A stretch of DNA of 64,000 nucleotides from a virus. Position 1 is the first letter of the stretch. Each line of letters opens with the position of its first letter. Below, in pieces: positions 38,871 to 48,150 of this stretch. Location of the stretch: IMG/VR virus record IMGVR_UViG_3300009135_000001, positions 11,255 to 75,254 of that record. One strand, 5' to 3'. A model generated the notes under the pieces. The model made no database searches. It had not been told where the DNA came from and worked only from the letters and a program-made list of their open reading frames with translations. Position numbers and translations under genes: made by a program.

Positions 38871-38945
38871 TGGCTCCAGAGCTTGGGATCGAACCAAGGA
38901 CAGCCGACTTAACAGGCCGGGGCTCTACCTCTGAGCTACTCTGGA
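38871..38945 (-). tRNA. tRNA-Asn(GTT)
   Basis: Full cloverleaf TCCAGAG...CT-GTT-AA...TTCGATC...CTCTGGA-G-CCA. Confidence 0.92.
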
Positions 38946-39015
38946 TCGGATTGAATTTGTTCCCCTGAGGACTTAAACCTCTCCCACCGCGAGGACCACA
39001 GTGTTTGCAAACTAT

Positions 39016-39483
39016 TTAGCAGAATTTTTCCCACGAAAAGCAGTTACTGTTTTCTGGATTGCCACGTCCGCCATCGCCGCCACCAGATGAACCAGCGCCA
39101 GAGCCAGAGCCACCAGAGCTACCAGACCCACCGCCGCTTCCACCAGAGGATGAACCGCCAGAGTTACCACCACCAGAATTGCCGCCACCGCTATTACCGC
39201 CGTTGCCATTGCCATTTCCGTTGCCGTTTCCATTGCCGTTACCTCCGCCGTTGTTCCCACCTTGGGAGCCGCCAGCGTTGCCGTTGTTAGAATCGTTGCC
39301 TTGGTTGCCAGGGCCTGAGTTGCCGTGACCATTGCCGCTGTTACCGCCGCCATGACCATGACCGTTACCTTGACTTCCGCCATTGACACCACCAGCACCG
39401 TGGCCGTTGTTGTCGCCTTTGCCAGCTAAGACTGGTTGTGCGCATAGCAGGAGTGCTACGAACATTGCATATACTAATTTCAT
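39016..39483 (-). CDS. Secreted Gly/Asn/Ser-rich low-complexity protein
   Basis: Signal peptide MKLVYAMFVALLLCAQPVLA, (GN)n and GGNS repeats, C-terminal CFSWEKFC. Confidence 0.75.
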   Translation of the reverse strand: MKLVYAMFVALLLCAQPVLAGKGDNNGHGAGGVNGGSQGNGHGHGGGNSGNGHGNSGPGNQGNDSNNGNAGGSQGGNNGGGNGNGNGNGNGNGNGGNSGGGNSGGGNSGGSSSGGSGGGSGSSGGSGSGAGSSGGGDGGRGNPENSNCFSWEKFC

Positions 39484-39507
39484 TGGATTTCTCCTGTTGT
39501 GTAAAAT

Positions 39508-39580
39508 TGGCGAAGCGTGAAGGGTTCGAACCTCCTCGTTTCGGTTTTGGAAACCTAACCGTCCCAAGACTGTACGCTCC
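39508..39580 (-). tRNA. tRNA-Trp(CCA) with shortened D-arm
   Basis: Acceptor GGAGCGT/ACGCTTC, loop TT-CCA-AA, T-arm and CCA present; D-arm only GTC-TTGG-GAC. Confidence 0.7.
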
Positions 39581-39584
39581 AAGT

Positions 39585-39655
39585 TGGTAGCGGAGGGGGG
39601 TATCGAACCCCGCTCACCACAGGATATGAACCTGAGTGTACGCCCGTTCCCCGCG
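39585..39655 (-). tRNA. Degenerate tRNA(CAT) with essentially no D-stem
   Basis: CGCGGGG acceptor with 1:72 mismatch (fMet-like), loop TT-CAT-AT, T-loop TTCGATA, encoded CCA. Confidence 0.6.
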
Positions 39656-39656
39656 A

Positions 39657-39947
39657 TTAATCGTCTAGCTTACCATACATGTGCATTGGTTGTGGGTCGA
39701 CTGGTGTGTTTTCCAGTTCTTTGCGAGCGAATTCTTCCTGAATGTCCAGGACATGCCGTGCTTTGGCGATGTCTTCGATGTGTTGTTCGAAGGTGCCTTT
39801 GTGGCGGCGCAGGTATTTGTCGACTTTGCAATACACAGCGGCTTGAAGCCCTGCATAACCAAAGTTGTTGTATGTTGCTTCGAGCGGCTGGACTTTCATG
39901 TTTTTGTAGTGCCCGCCACCAATTTGTTCTTTCAGAGGTGATGTCAT
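39657..39947 (-). CDS. DUF3310-family protein
   Basis: QIGGGHYK..QP..KYL.R..EDIAKARH motif. Confidence 0.75.
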   Translation of the reverse strand: MTSPLKEQIGGGHYKNMKVQPLEATYNNFGYAGLQAAVYCKVDKYLRRHKGTFEQHIEDIAKARHVLDIQEEFARKELENTPVDPQPMHMYGKLDD

Positions 39948-40595
39948 TTAGTGCGTTTCCGGTTGTCGAGGATTTTCATCGCTCGGGTGATTGAGTGGGC
40001 TACAGCCTGACGGTTGAACACTTCTGCCCGCCCCACAGTGTTGACGTGGGAGTCCAGGAACTGCTGGAGCTCATAGTCGACTGTTTCTCCGTCTTCAACC
40101 GGCACAACGAACTCGATGTTGTAAACGATGCTGGATTGTTCGGCTGGGGAGAGGGGAGTGTATTTAGTAATTTTTGGGGTAGGCATAGGACGTGGACCTT
40201 TTGGTTGTAATGTATTTGATAGCGTCCTATCTCATGGACGCGGGATTGGCGACACTCAGTGAAGTGCATTGTACGCTTATCTCTGTGTAATTCAACTGTC
40301 GGGTCGCTTGCGAGTAATACTATGAGTGTGTACCAGATCATTGCGTTTCACAATATGTGTAGTTAGCAGGATCGGTCCAGCAGATTGTTTGCTTGGGTTT
40401 GGCGGGGTATTCGTACTGATAGACGTGTTCGCAGTGCTGATACCCTTCGTCATCAGTCCAGCAGACTTGGGCTCCGTAGCATGCGGTTGACATTGCCATC
40501 AGTGCTATCAGTATTAGGCTTTTCATATTTCTCTTTCCTGCGATATTTGGTGCGATCGCGATGCGTTTGAGTGAGGCGTGTGGTCTTGCCTTTCC

Positions 40596-40880
40596 TTACA
40601 GTACTCTTCGGAGGGTTTTTAGGCATTTGCTTAGCACCTCGATGTTGTGTTCGGCAGTTACAGCATTCTGTTTGTGCTCGATGACCAGGTGTTGCAGCTG
40701 GCTGATGATGTAGCGGGCTGTATCCTTCGTACCTTCGAGAGCTCGTCTGTCTGCATAGCTCTCATGGCATTGTGCTGTGTACCGTTCACGAAGTGCTTGG
40801 TGCCGTGTCACTAGGTTCTCGATCTCGAACTTCATTGTTTCGAGGTAATCCTTGCGCTTTTCGGGAGTATCGAGGTCCAT
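40596..40880 (-). CDS. Hypothetical coiled-coil protein
   Basis: ORF in the early operon. Confidence 0.55.
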   Translation of the reverse strand: MDLDTPEKRKDYLETMKFEIENLVTRHQALRERYTAQCHESYADRRALEGTKDTARYIISQLQHLVIEHKQNAVTAEHNIEVLSKCLKTLRRVL

Positions 40881-41272
40881 TACAGCAACCCGCGCATGTA
40901 CTCAAGTAAGTACACTTTCGGCGCGATGAATATGAATAGGGCGTCGACCAAGAATATGAGTATGCCGCAAGCTATGAATATGCCTGAGAGTACCCATTTG
41001 AAGAAGGTTAAGAAGAACTCTTCGTCGCTGCCGTGATGTTCGCCGTCGCCGAGATATGCGGTTACTTTACCCCAAAAGAACCAAGCTGCTCCTATGAAAA
41101 CAGTGGCCAGGAATAAGTTCTTTGAGAAGTGCCACATCAGCAGTTGTTCGATAACTTCGGGCAGTTCGGCTGATAGGAAGTTGATAGCGGTGTCAGCGCC
41201 GTCGATGGTTTTGTCGATCAACGCTGCTAGTGCTTCGTTCAACGGATCAGGTGTTGTTTTCTCCTCGCTCAT
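40880..41272 (-). CDS. Membrane protein (two TM)
   Basis: ELPEVIEQLLMW and APKVYLLEY pattern of a common phage membrane family. Confidence 0.7.
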   Translation of the reverse strand: MSEEKTTPDPLNEALAALIDKTIDGADTAINFLSAELPEVIEQLLMWHFSKNLFLATVFIGAAWFFWGKVTAYLGDGEHHGSDEEFFLTFFKWVLSGIFIACGILIFLVDALFIFIAPKVYLLEYMRGLL

Positions 41273-41579
41273 TTTCTAATTCCTCTATAAGTTTACGAAG
41301 GCCCACTACAAAGAGTGGACCGGGGTCACCGGACTCACCAGTGAACACAGATGCGGGGTATTTCTCCAGGAACTTCTTCGTGATCTCCACGAACTCGTTG
41401 AAGTTATACTCACGCGTCAATAATTCCTGAATATGGCGAATCTGAGCACAGCGGATGTACTCACTCCGCTCTTCTTTCCATATGACGACCTCGTCTTCTT
41501 GTAGTGGCGCATGGCCACGCAGGTTCTCCCTGCTCAGCGTGACGAGGTCTTTCCATTCTTCTGAGTAGTCGTGTTTCAT
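41247..41579 (-). CDS. Hypothetical protein
   Basis: ORF in the early operon. Confidence 0.55.
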   Translation of the reverse strand: MKHDYSEEWKDLVTLSRENLRGHAPLQEDEVVIWKEERSEYIRCAQIRHIQELLTREYNFNEFVEITKKFLEKYPASVFTGESGDPGPLFVVGLRKLIEELENERGENNT

Positions 41580-42236
41580 CTATCTTACCAGGTGGCTGAC
41601 TTGTACGGTGATCAGTTCATCGACCTCAACACCAGTGTCGCGGTCAAACTCCCAACCACCACGTGCGATGATCAGGTCGTCAGTGACTCTCTCGACAACG
41701 AGGTCCATGGGTATCGTGCCAGCGAGCATCCGATGAATGGTGTCGCCAGCCTGCACGTCACGGAAGCTCATGTGGTGTGGACTTCAGCGATACCGCGTTG
41801 GCGTGTGATGCTCTTGACGCCCATTGCGCTGTTGAAGTTCTTGTCGACCCAGGCCATGACTGCGGTCCAGTCATCTGCGACGACGTTGTATGTGTTGCCA
41901 GATAGGGCTTCGACTTTGAATAGGCGTTGGGGGGTTTTGTCTTTGCTCATGATAGTATTAGATATCCGTGGATGATGGTTGAAAGGATGAAGGCCCAGCC
42001 GATGATCTTGGCTTGGATGCCTGGCATGTTGTCGGGATCACTTATAGCCATGATGACTGCTGTGATGATGACTATGATGAATGTAAATATCTGCATTTTT
42101 GGTCTCCAGACCGTGTCACTTCCAAAGCGACACAGTACGTTGTACGAGGTACTTTGCGTCCAGGTTTCGATGAAAAGCTCGAATCCTAAATGCGAATGAT
42201 TCTCAATAAGTGCTGTTTTGTGCACACTTTGAGGGG

Positions 42237-42482
42237 GTGCTGTGCCACTTCATGGCAGGGTGATGTTCTCACTTTGTTCTCACCCTCGCGGTGGAACGCG
42301 AGCATTATTGGGGGGGTAAGTCGTTGTAAAGTAACGAATTACTAAATATATACATTTTAGGTACAAAGTACAAAGTACTAAGTACGAAGTGCTGTGCCAC
42401 TTTGCCTCCATGTTGGCCCACAGAAATTAAAAAACTGTAAATATAATTTCCGTGGCCAAACATAGGAGTAAAGTGGCACAGC
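42237..42482. repeat. Iteron-like repeats; putative replication origin or regulatory region
   Basis: GTGCTGTGCCACTT at 42237 and 42389, inverted AAGTGGCACAGC at 42471, heptamer array 42358-42392, AT-rich tracts. Confidence 0.6.
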
Positions 42483-42484
42483 TG

Positions 42485-43180
42485 TTAAAGGTCATCGATA
42501 TCCCAAATCTCAGCCTGACCGTGGTCAAGAACTAGGACTTCCTCGGTACGACCAAGGCAATCGATATTGTAGGAATTTCCATTTTGGATAATTCCCGGAA
42601 GCGCGTCGATAGGCCGATGATTTGAATGACCAACGATCTGTGGCGTCGCAGTCGGTTCAAATTCTCTCCACCAGTCACACCAGTAGAGACCACCGACAGC
42701 ATCTCGCCCCCCTCGTGCACGACCAATTTGGTCATAATCTTCTGCATCGAGATATTCCTCCAGGGTTTGGCCAGAGGCGTCAAGCAGTTTCTGCGAGACA
42801 CCGGCATGAGAAATCAGCCAGTCATCGACCCAGATGTAATCAAGCAGGGGGCTCATATCAACTGTTTGGTGAAGTTGATCGGCTAACTCATAAGAGTAGC
42901 CAGAGCACTGCATGTGGCGATCTTGGTATGACCGCTCATGATTACCTTGGAGAGCCCATACACGATCGGGCTGGGCGCGTACAGCACCTAGCACTAGGTT
43001 GATTGTATGAAGCTGCTCGACCATCTTACGATCGAAGCTGTCCAGGTAGTCGCCGATGAAGACGATCTTGTGTTCAGACTTGAGGACTCTCTCCACTAGT
43101 TCGTACTGACCGTGGAGATCCCCCACCACTACTAGCTTCTTCATTTTCTTTCTCCTTCTGACGTTTGGTGTAGTTTTCAT
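42485..43180 (-). CDS. Calcineurin-like metallophosphoesterase
   Basis: GDLHG, GDYLD, GNHE and SHAG motifs; true start probably MKKLVVVGD. Confidence 0.9.
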   Translation of the reverse strand: MKTTPNVRRRKKMKKLVVVGDLHGQYELVERVLKSEHKIVFIGDYLDSFDRKMVEQLHTINLVLGAVRAQPDRVWALQGNHERSYQDRHMQCSGYSYELADQLHQTVDMSPLLDYIWVDDWLISHAGVSQKLLDASGQTLEEYLDAEDYDQIGRARGGRDAVGGLYWCDWWREFEPTATPQIVGHSNHRPIDALPGIIQNGNSYNIDCLGRTEEVLVLDHGQAEIWDIDDL

Positions 43181-43544
43181 ACCCAGCTTGTTGCATGAGC
43201 ATGAAGAATGTGTATGCAGCTGCTAAGCCGTACCAGCCAGGGTACAGTAGCATGCCGATCATACCCATATCATATGTGATATCGACCCATCGGGGTAGAT
43301 AAGTGAATGTCGCTGTTTCTTTCTTGTAGACCTCATCAACACATTTGTCACTGAATAAGGCCAGAGCCAAGATTGCGAAGAGTATTACAACAAATGTTAT
43401 AATATGCTCAGCGGGTTTGTACCCCTCGAATACAGCTAGGTAGGTAGTACCAGCGAACAAGCCGTTGATGAAAGCCCATCGGGATAGTGCTTTGAACTTT
43501 TTCATATTTACTTCCTCATTTTGAGTAATTGAGTGCGTGGCCAC
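43074..43544 (-). CDS. Multi-pass membrane protein
   Basis: Several hydrophobic segments; true start probably MKKFK. Confidence 0.6.
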   Translation of the reverse strand: MATHSITQNEEVNMKKFKALSRWAFINGLFAGTTYLAVFEGYKPAEHIITFVVILFAILALALFSDKCVDEVYKKETATFTYLPRWVDITYDMGMIGMLLYPGWYGLAAAYTFFMLMQQAGYENYTKRQKEKENEEASSGGGSPRSVRTSGESPQV

Positions 43545-45339
43545 CTTCGGCCGCTAACGGGAGGTCTTGGGCCCAAGCTGGTGGCGTGGACATGACTTCG
43601 TTGATGTATGCCGTAACTCCCGGTGCGTCTTCTGTACGACATATTGCGATGATTTCGTCGTGTGTACTGCTAACCACTCGGATTTTGCATTTCTGATCGA
43701 CGGCATAGATTTGCTCAGCAATAATGACGCGGGCGAGGGCCTGGATGATGTTCTCAAGGATTATGCCTCCGTAGAGTTTCTTGCCATTGTCGTAAACCCA
43801 AGACGCTTCTTCGTCGTCCCATCGTAGGTCATTATAATGGAGGCACATGCCATTTGGGAGCTCGATAGCACCATTTCCGAAGATGAGACCGTTGAATTCG
43901 TAAGGCGTCTCACTTTTAATACGTGGTATAAGGTCATTGAGCCTATTCCACATGCTTTGAGTCTTGCTGTTTGTGTGCCGCCATTTGTTAACTGCATCTT
44001 GGGCCTCTAACTGAGTGAGATGGACAGGGGGAGTACCCATGAAGCCAAGAGCTGCATTAACACGCAACTTCCGCCAACCCATATTATAGCCAAGAGCCAG
44101 TTCAAGCATCTTGCCAAAGAACCGTTCGTGAATATGATTTTGTTTATTGCACTCGTAGCCATAGTGATTGCTAGCAGCATATAGATAAACGTCGCCACCG
44201 GCGCGAAGTATGTTGAGCTTGTTATGTTCACCACAGAACCAGGCGTTAAGCCTAAGCTCGATTTGTGCACTGTCAACAACAACAATGGAATAACCCCGAG
44301 GAGCATAGATAGAACGCCTAAGTACACCACTGTTAGGATTATGTGGGTTGAATCGCGGTAAGTTCTGGACATTTAAACCATCCGCACCTGACCATCTGCC
44401 AGTGTGCGCTCCGTAGTAGTTGAGTGGCATGGGCATTGTGCCCTTGATGCCTATTTCATAAAATGCCAAGGCGCGGGTCAGCTCAATGGTTGATTTGACC
44501 ACACGCCTAGCATCCCAAACCTCCTTAAACTCAGGATGGTCAGCCTGGAGCTCACGATACTTGAGGTCGTCCTTTGCTAAGGCAAAAGTCTGTTTCTCTG
44601 TCGTTTTGCTCGTCTTCATGGGTATCTTCATACCCTGGCTTTCAATCCATGCAGCGAACTGAGGGTTGGAAGACAACACTGTCTTGGACACTGGACATAT
44701 AGATAGTAGCTCGTCACGTTGATCTTCGAGGCGTTGTATTTCGCCTTCCAGTAGATCTGTATCTAACCGGAGGACTGGCTCGGCTGCCATCCTTGTGGTG
44801 AGGGACGACAGATAGCGTTCTTGTTCAGGTAGTACATCTTTTAACAGCTCGTACAGCTGCCAGGTTAGTTCTACATCTTGGATGCAGTACCGTTTGAGGA
44901 TTTGGTTTTCTTCTTCCGTAAGAACTCTCTTACCTTTCGTTTGATCGAGCCCGGTAAGTTTACCTTGTGTGAGCCCGAGTATGCGTGTCGCACAATTCTC
45001 CAGAGTTTTTCGTTCTGAAGCTGGCAGAAGTACGTTAGCCACTGATTTTGTGTCGAAGTACTGACAAGGCCTATGCCCATAAATGTCGTTGAGGATGAAT
45101 CCATCAAAGTTGAGGTTATGACCCACGAGGATGGAGGTACTCCATGAAATGCTAGACAGCGCATCGCGTATTGCCTCTTCACCGTAAGTATATCGGGTAG
45201 GTTGGCTGCCTTGTTTGATTCCAACACCCTGCACCTTGAATCTAGCGTCTCGTATATAGATTGCGGTCTTGATCTTTCGGAGTGAGTAGTCTTTGTCATA
45301 GTATGTTTCAAAGTCCAGAGTTACTGGTTGTAATTGCAT
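43516..45339 (-). CDS. Family A DNA polymerase with 3'-5' exonuclease domain
   Basis: DFET (ExoI), HN..FD (ExoII), YCIQD (ExoIII); HTGRWSG; motif A DSAQIELR; motif B R...K...L...Y; motif C THDE. Confidence 0.95.
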   Translation of the reverse strand: MQLQPVTLDFETYYDKDYSLRKIKTAIYIRDARFKVQGVGIKQGSQPTRYTYGEEAIRDALSSISWSTSILVGHNLNFDGFILNDIYGHRPCQYFDTKSVANVLLPASERKTLENCATRILGLTQGKLTGLDQTKGKRVLTEEENQILKRYCIQDVELTWQLYELLKDVLPEQERYLSSLTTRMAAEPVLRLDTDLLEGEIQRLEDQRDELLSICPVSKTVLSSNPQFAAWIESQGMKIPMKTSKTTEKQTFALAKDDLKYRELQADHPEFKEVWDARRVVKSTIELTRALAFYEIGIKGTMPMPLNYYGAHTGRWSGADGLNVQNLPRFNPHNPNSGVLRRSIYAPRGYSIVVVDSAQIELRLNAWFCGEHNKLNILRAGGDVYLYAASNHYGYECNKQNHIHERFFGKMLELALGYNMGWRKLRVNAALGFMGTPPVHLTQLEAQDAVNKWRHTNSKTQSMWNRLNDLIPRIKSETPYEFNGLIFGNGAIELPNGMCLHYNDLRWDDEEASWVYDNGKKLYGGIILENIIQALARVIIAEQIYAVDQKCKIRVVSSTHDEIIAICRTEDAPGVTAYINEVMSTPPAWAQDLPLAAEGGHALNYSK

Positions 45340-45645
45340 TTAGTCTGCCCAAATATAGTGAATCTGATAGTTATCCCCCTCGGGTTGTTTCTCATTGTTG
45401 AACTTCCAGTCATGTACGAAACAGGATGCTGCTGATACGCAATCTAGGTTGGTGTACTCACTGTTATTATACACGAGCCTGGCAGGTATTAAACCAGTAC
45501 TGTGGTCGCCGTCATCGTCATACTTGACACCAAACTTCTCATCGCCAAGCAAACGCCAGTCAGCAACTATTTTTTGACGGATACTCACACTGCACCACCA
45601 CTGCAAGTTCCAATTGCAATACAGAATGTCCATATGGCTACCCAC
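45340..45645 (-). CDS. Hypothetical protein
   Basis: Directly upstream of the polymerase gene. Confidence 0.55.
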   Translation of the reverse strand: MGSHMDILYCNWNLQWWCSVSIRQKIVADWRLLGDEKFGVKYDDDGDHSTGLIPARLVYNNSEYTNLDCVSAASCFVHDWKFNNEKQPEGDNYQIHYIWAD

Positions 45646-46050
45646 CCCACTGACTCTTGGAGCTTCTGGATTCCCCGGGCTATACGTTCGAGTTCCCGGG
45701 CTTTGGTAGCTTCGGCTGCGATTTGTTGGGGGTCCATGGGTGCCTCCTGAGCAAAAAAAATGACGCTACCAGTGAAGGTAGCGCCGAAGTGAGGCTAGTG
45801 GTAGCCCCAGGCAGAGTAACAACGGTCTTTCTCCTCGTCTTCAGGAGAGCGATATACACCGTCTGCACCGTTAGTAGCAGGATCGAAGGTCTCGAATTTG
45901 TGATCTCCGAGTGCGTTCAGCAGTTCAGAGGCTTCAGCCTCATCTGTGGTGCTGATGGTATGCCCTGATGGGCCGATGAATTCATAGATCATGTGATCTC
46001 CAATGTATTATGGAAATGATGGGGAGCACCTTACGATGCTCCCCGTTGTC

Positions 46051-46863
46051 CTAGTCTTCCTCGTTAATGGGGAAAACCTGTGACTCGATGACCGAAAGCT
46101 CCTCATGAGCTTCAAGTATCAGTTTAACCTGACCAGCCTCCTTGGCACGTACGGCGTCGTAGAAAGCACCGTATTGGTTAGTTGTGGCTCCTGGATCTCC
46201 AAGTGCCCATACCATCGGACGAAGGACGTCCTTGAGGACAAGAATGTCTCCCGGGCTGACTTTGGCCATTTCGGAAGCGGGGCAATCGATCATGCCAATT
46301 ACCGCCTTTTCCATGTCGGCTTGGTTCAGCCAGTCGGTCTTGTAGCTGACAAATGTCTCAGCGATGACCTTTTTAACGCCAGCATCATCAGTAGCCGCAG
46401 TAAGGGCTGCGAGTGCTTCGGAATCTGAACGGTTGGTAACTCCGTTGCAGAGGCGTTTGCAGGCATTCATGATTGACTCCTGCATGTAGGTGGGTGAGCT
46501 CGGAACGAACTCGTAATCCAGAGCCAGTGAGATCAGAGCGAGTGCAATTGCTCCGCCATCACGTTCATCTCGTTCGTACTTCGGTGCTGACAGTACAGAT
46601 GACTCTGAGGCCTGCGTCATCCAGCCGCCCTCGGACTGTGTGAGTTCACCAGCGGCAGCACGTCGGTTAGCGAAGAAGGCTTCACCTTGATCGTTACGCG
46701 CTTTCCAGGCTGCTGCGTTGATACCTGCACGGAACAGCTGGAAGCTGAGGCTGCGTTTGGCCAACGGTGAGTCGTGGAAGATGGGGTGGATGAGGTCGTC
46801 ACCAAGCTGTGTGAAGTGAACTTCGGCAGGCATGTGAGCGTTTACGTTGGTATTGTCGTTCAT
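46051..46863 (-). CDS. Hypothetical early protein
   Basis: Strongly biased codons; GGAG SD before MNDNT; followed by hairpin 46021-46044. Confidence 0.7.
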   Translation of the reverse strand: MNDNTNVNAHMPAEVHFTQLGDDLIHPIFHDSPLAKRSLSFQLFRAGINAAAWKARNDQGEAFFANRRAAAGELTQSEGGWMTQASESSVLSAPKYERDERDGGAIALALISLALDYEFVPSSPTYMQESIMNACKRLCNGVTNRSDSEALAALTAATDDAGVKKVIAETFVSYKTDWLNQADMEKAVIGMIDCPASEMAKVSPGDILVLKDVLRPMVWALGDPGATTNQYGAFYDAVRAKEAGQVKLILEAHEELSVIESQVFPINEED

Positions 46864-46963
46864 GGGATTCTCCATTGTTGAACGTTAAGTATCAATCCGA
46901 AGGATCGATTTCATGGGTAAAACCAGTGGACGAGCCTGCGAGGCCTGTCCACCGGTAGTTCAG

Positions 46964-47185
46964 TCATTTTGGTCCTTCGATGACTTCTTGCAGTTGATTG
47001 TAAGCAGAGACTAGCTCTTCGATATCTACTACTGTGCCCTGCTGGTCTAGCTCGATATTGATGCTTTGCGGGGTGTAGATGTGGATGCCATGACAACCGT
47101 TGTCGACGGTAGTGCCATGTACCCCGATAGTGATGTCAGGGTATGTATCTTTGCTGAGAGTGTACGGTACGCTAACAGATTTCAT
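46964..47185 (-). CDS. First gene of the minus arm, hypothetical
   Basis: AAGGAG SD before ATG at 47185. Confidence 0.65.
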   Translation of the reverse strand: MKSVSVPYTLSKDTYPDITIGVHGTTVDNGCHGIHIYTPQSINIELDQQGTVVDIEELVSAYNQLQEVIEGPK

Positions 47186-47671
47186 GTTAACTCCTTAGTC
47201 AGTGAGAATGAGGTAGTACCACATCATGTGCTATGAAACTGTAAGACACACAATATGTTGTGGTATGGGCTAGGGCCTGGTACAGCATGCAATTAGTACG
47301 CTATAGCAGCGCCCAAGAGCACGCCTACTGGGTACGCCGAGACGATGATCCATAGTACGATGAACGTGGTACTGCGTACGTAGTGTATAGTGCTATGTGA
47401 CATGGTATTACTCCTGTTGTGGGTGAGTTCATGATATATACCAGTTGCTGAGCTTGCGAGGCACTGCGCACGTGGCACTGTGTACATCGTGTGTAGAGGA
47501 ACGTTTGGGGCCCCATATTGGCGTTGTACTTTGAACTTGGTACGGTGTACATCGGAATCGGTGCGGAGTCGGAAATCTGGGACAGGGGTATGTGGAATAT
47601 GGACGACCAGAACGCATATTTCGCACGAAAAAAATTTTTTGGATATTTTTGGGTATTTTTTTGGGTATCGC

Positions 47672-47700
47672 TTGACATATGTATAGGAAATCCCTATATT
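47672..47700 (+). promoter_or_regulatory. Sigma70-type promoter
   Basis: TTGACA-17 nt-TATATT, preceded by phased T-tracts at 47636-47662 (UP-element-like). Confidence 0.8.
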
Positions 47701-47745
47701 GTATGCATGACTTAGATAACTAGACAGAAAAACCCGTTTCTTCGA

Positions 47746-48150
47746 GTGAAATTGAAAGACCTCGCCCATGAGGCTCGAATGATTCGAATAGAAGAGACCA
47801 GGGCTAATAAAAGTCACAACTACCAGCTCCAAAACGAATTACATGCACACAGGGTCGGACCTTTGCGTTCCCACACCCGTGAGACCTTGCTCTCCTACAT
47901 GTACTTGCGTGGTTACCCCTACGATGCCGTGGAGGTCACTGGTAGTAAGGAGATATCACCCACAGGAAAGAAAAACATCCGCCGCATGTGCAAAAAGTAC
48001 GGCGGAGTAGAAATGACGCTCGATGAATGGATTTCGGGTAATCGATTAAGGCGGGGTAGCTCAGGAGCACAGAGCGCCATTAACTTGGAGGTCGTAAGTT
48101 CAACTCTTACCCCCGCCACCAAATTTGCCTCGTTAGCTCAGTCTGGTTAG
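47746..48150 (+). CDS. Conserved phage protein whose frame runs into the tRNA cluster
   Basis: LKDLAHEARMIR..HR..LRG..KYG pattern; TAG stop lies in the D-loop of the CUA tRNA. Confidence 0.6.
   Translation: MKLKDLAHEARMIRIEETRANKSHNYQLQNELHAHRVGPLRSHTRETLLSYMYLRGYPYDAVEVTGSKEISPTGKKNIRRMCKKYGGVEMTLDEWISGNRLRRGSSGAQSAINLEVVSSTLTPATKFASLAQSG
48050..48121 (+). ncRNA. tRNA-like RNA with 2-nt D-loop and degenerate anticodon arm
   Basis: Perfect acceptor GGCGGGG/CCCCGCC, T-arm GTAAG-TTCAACT-CTTAC, ACCA end; D-arm GCTC-AG-GAGC. Confidence 0.65.

Noticed and set aside
38960-39000. Additional tRNA between tRNA-Asn and the GN-rich gene
   Set aside because: Only a T-arm-like hairpin (GAGG-TTTAAGT-CCTC) is present, with no acceptor pairing or anticodon arm; treated as a remnant
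42358-42392. CRISPR array
   Set aside because: 7-bp units with no spacers; no cas operon, and the PD-(D/E)XK gene is an ordinary phage exonuclease
47293-47832. 179-aa minus-strand ORF across the divergent control region
   Set aside because: Overlaps the promoter, T-tracts and heptamer repeats and has non-protein-like composition; the region is more likely regulatory or the genome end
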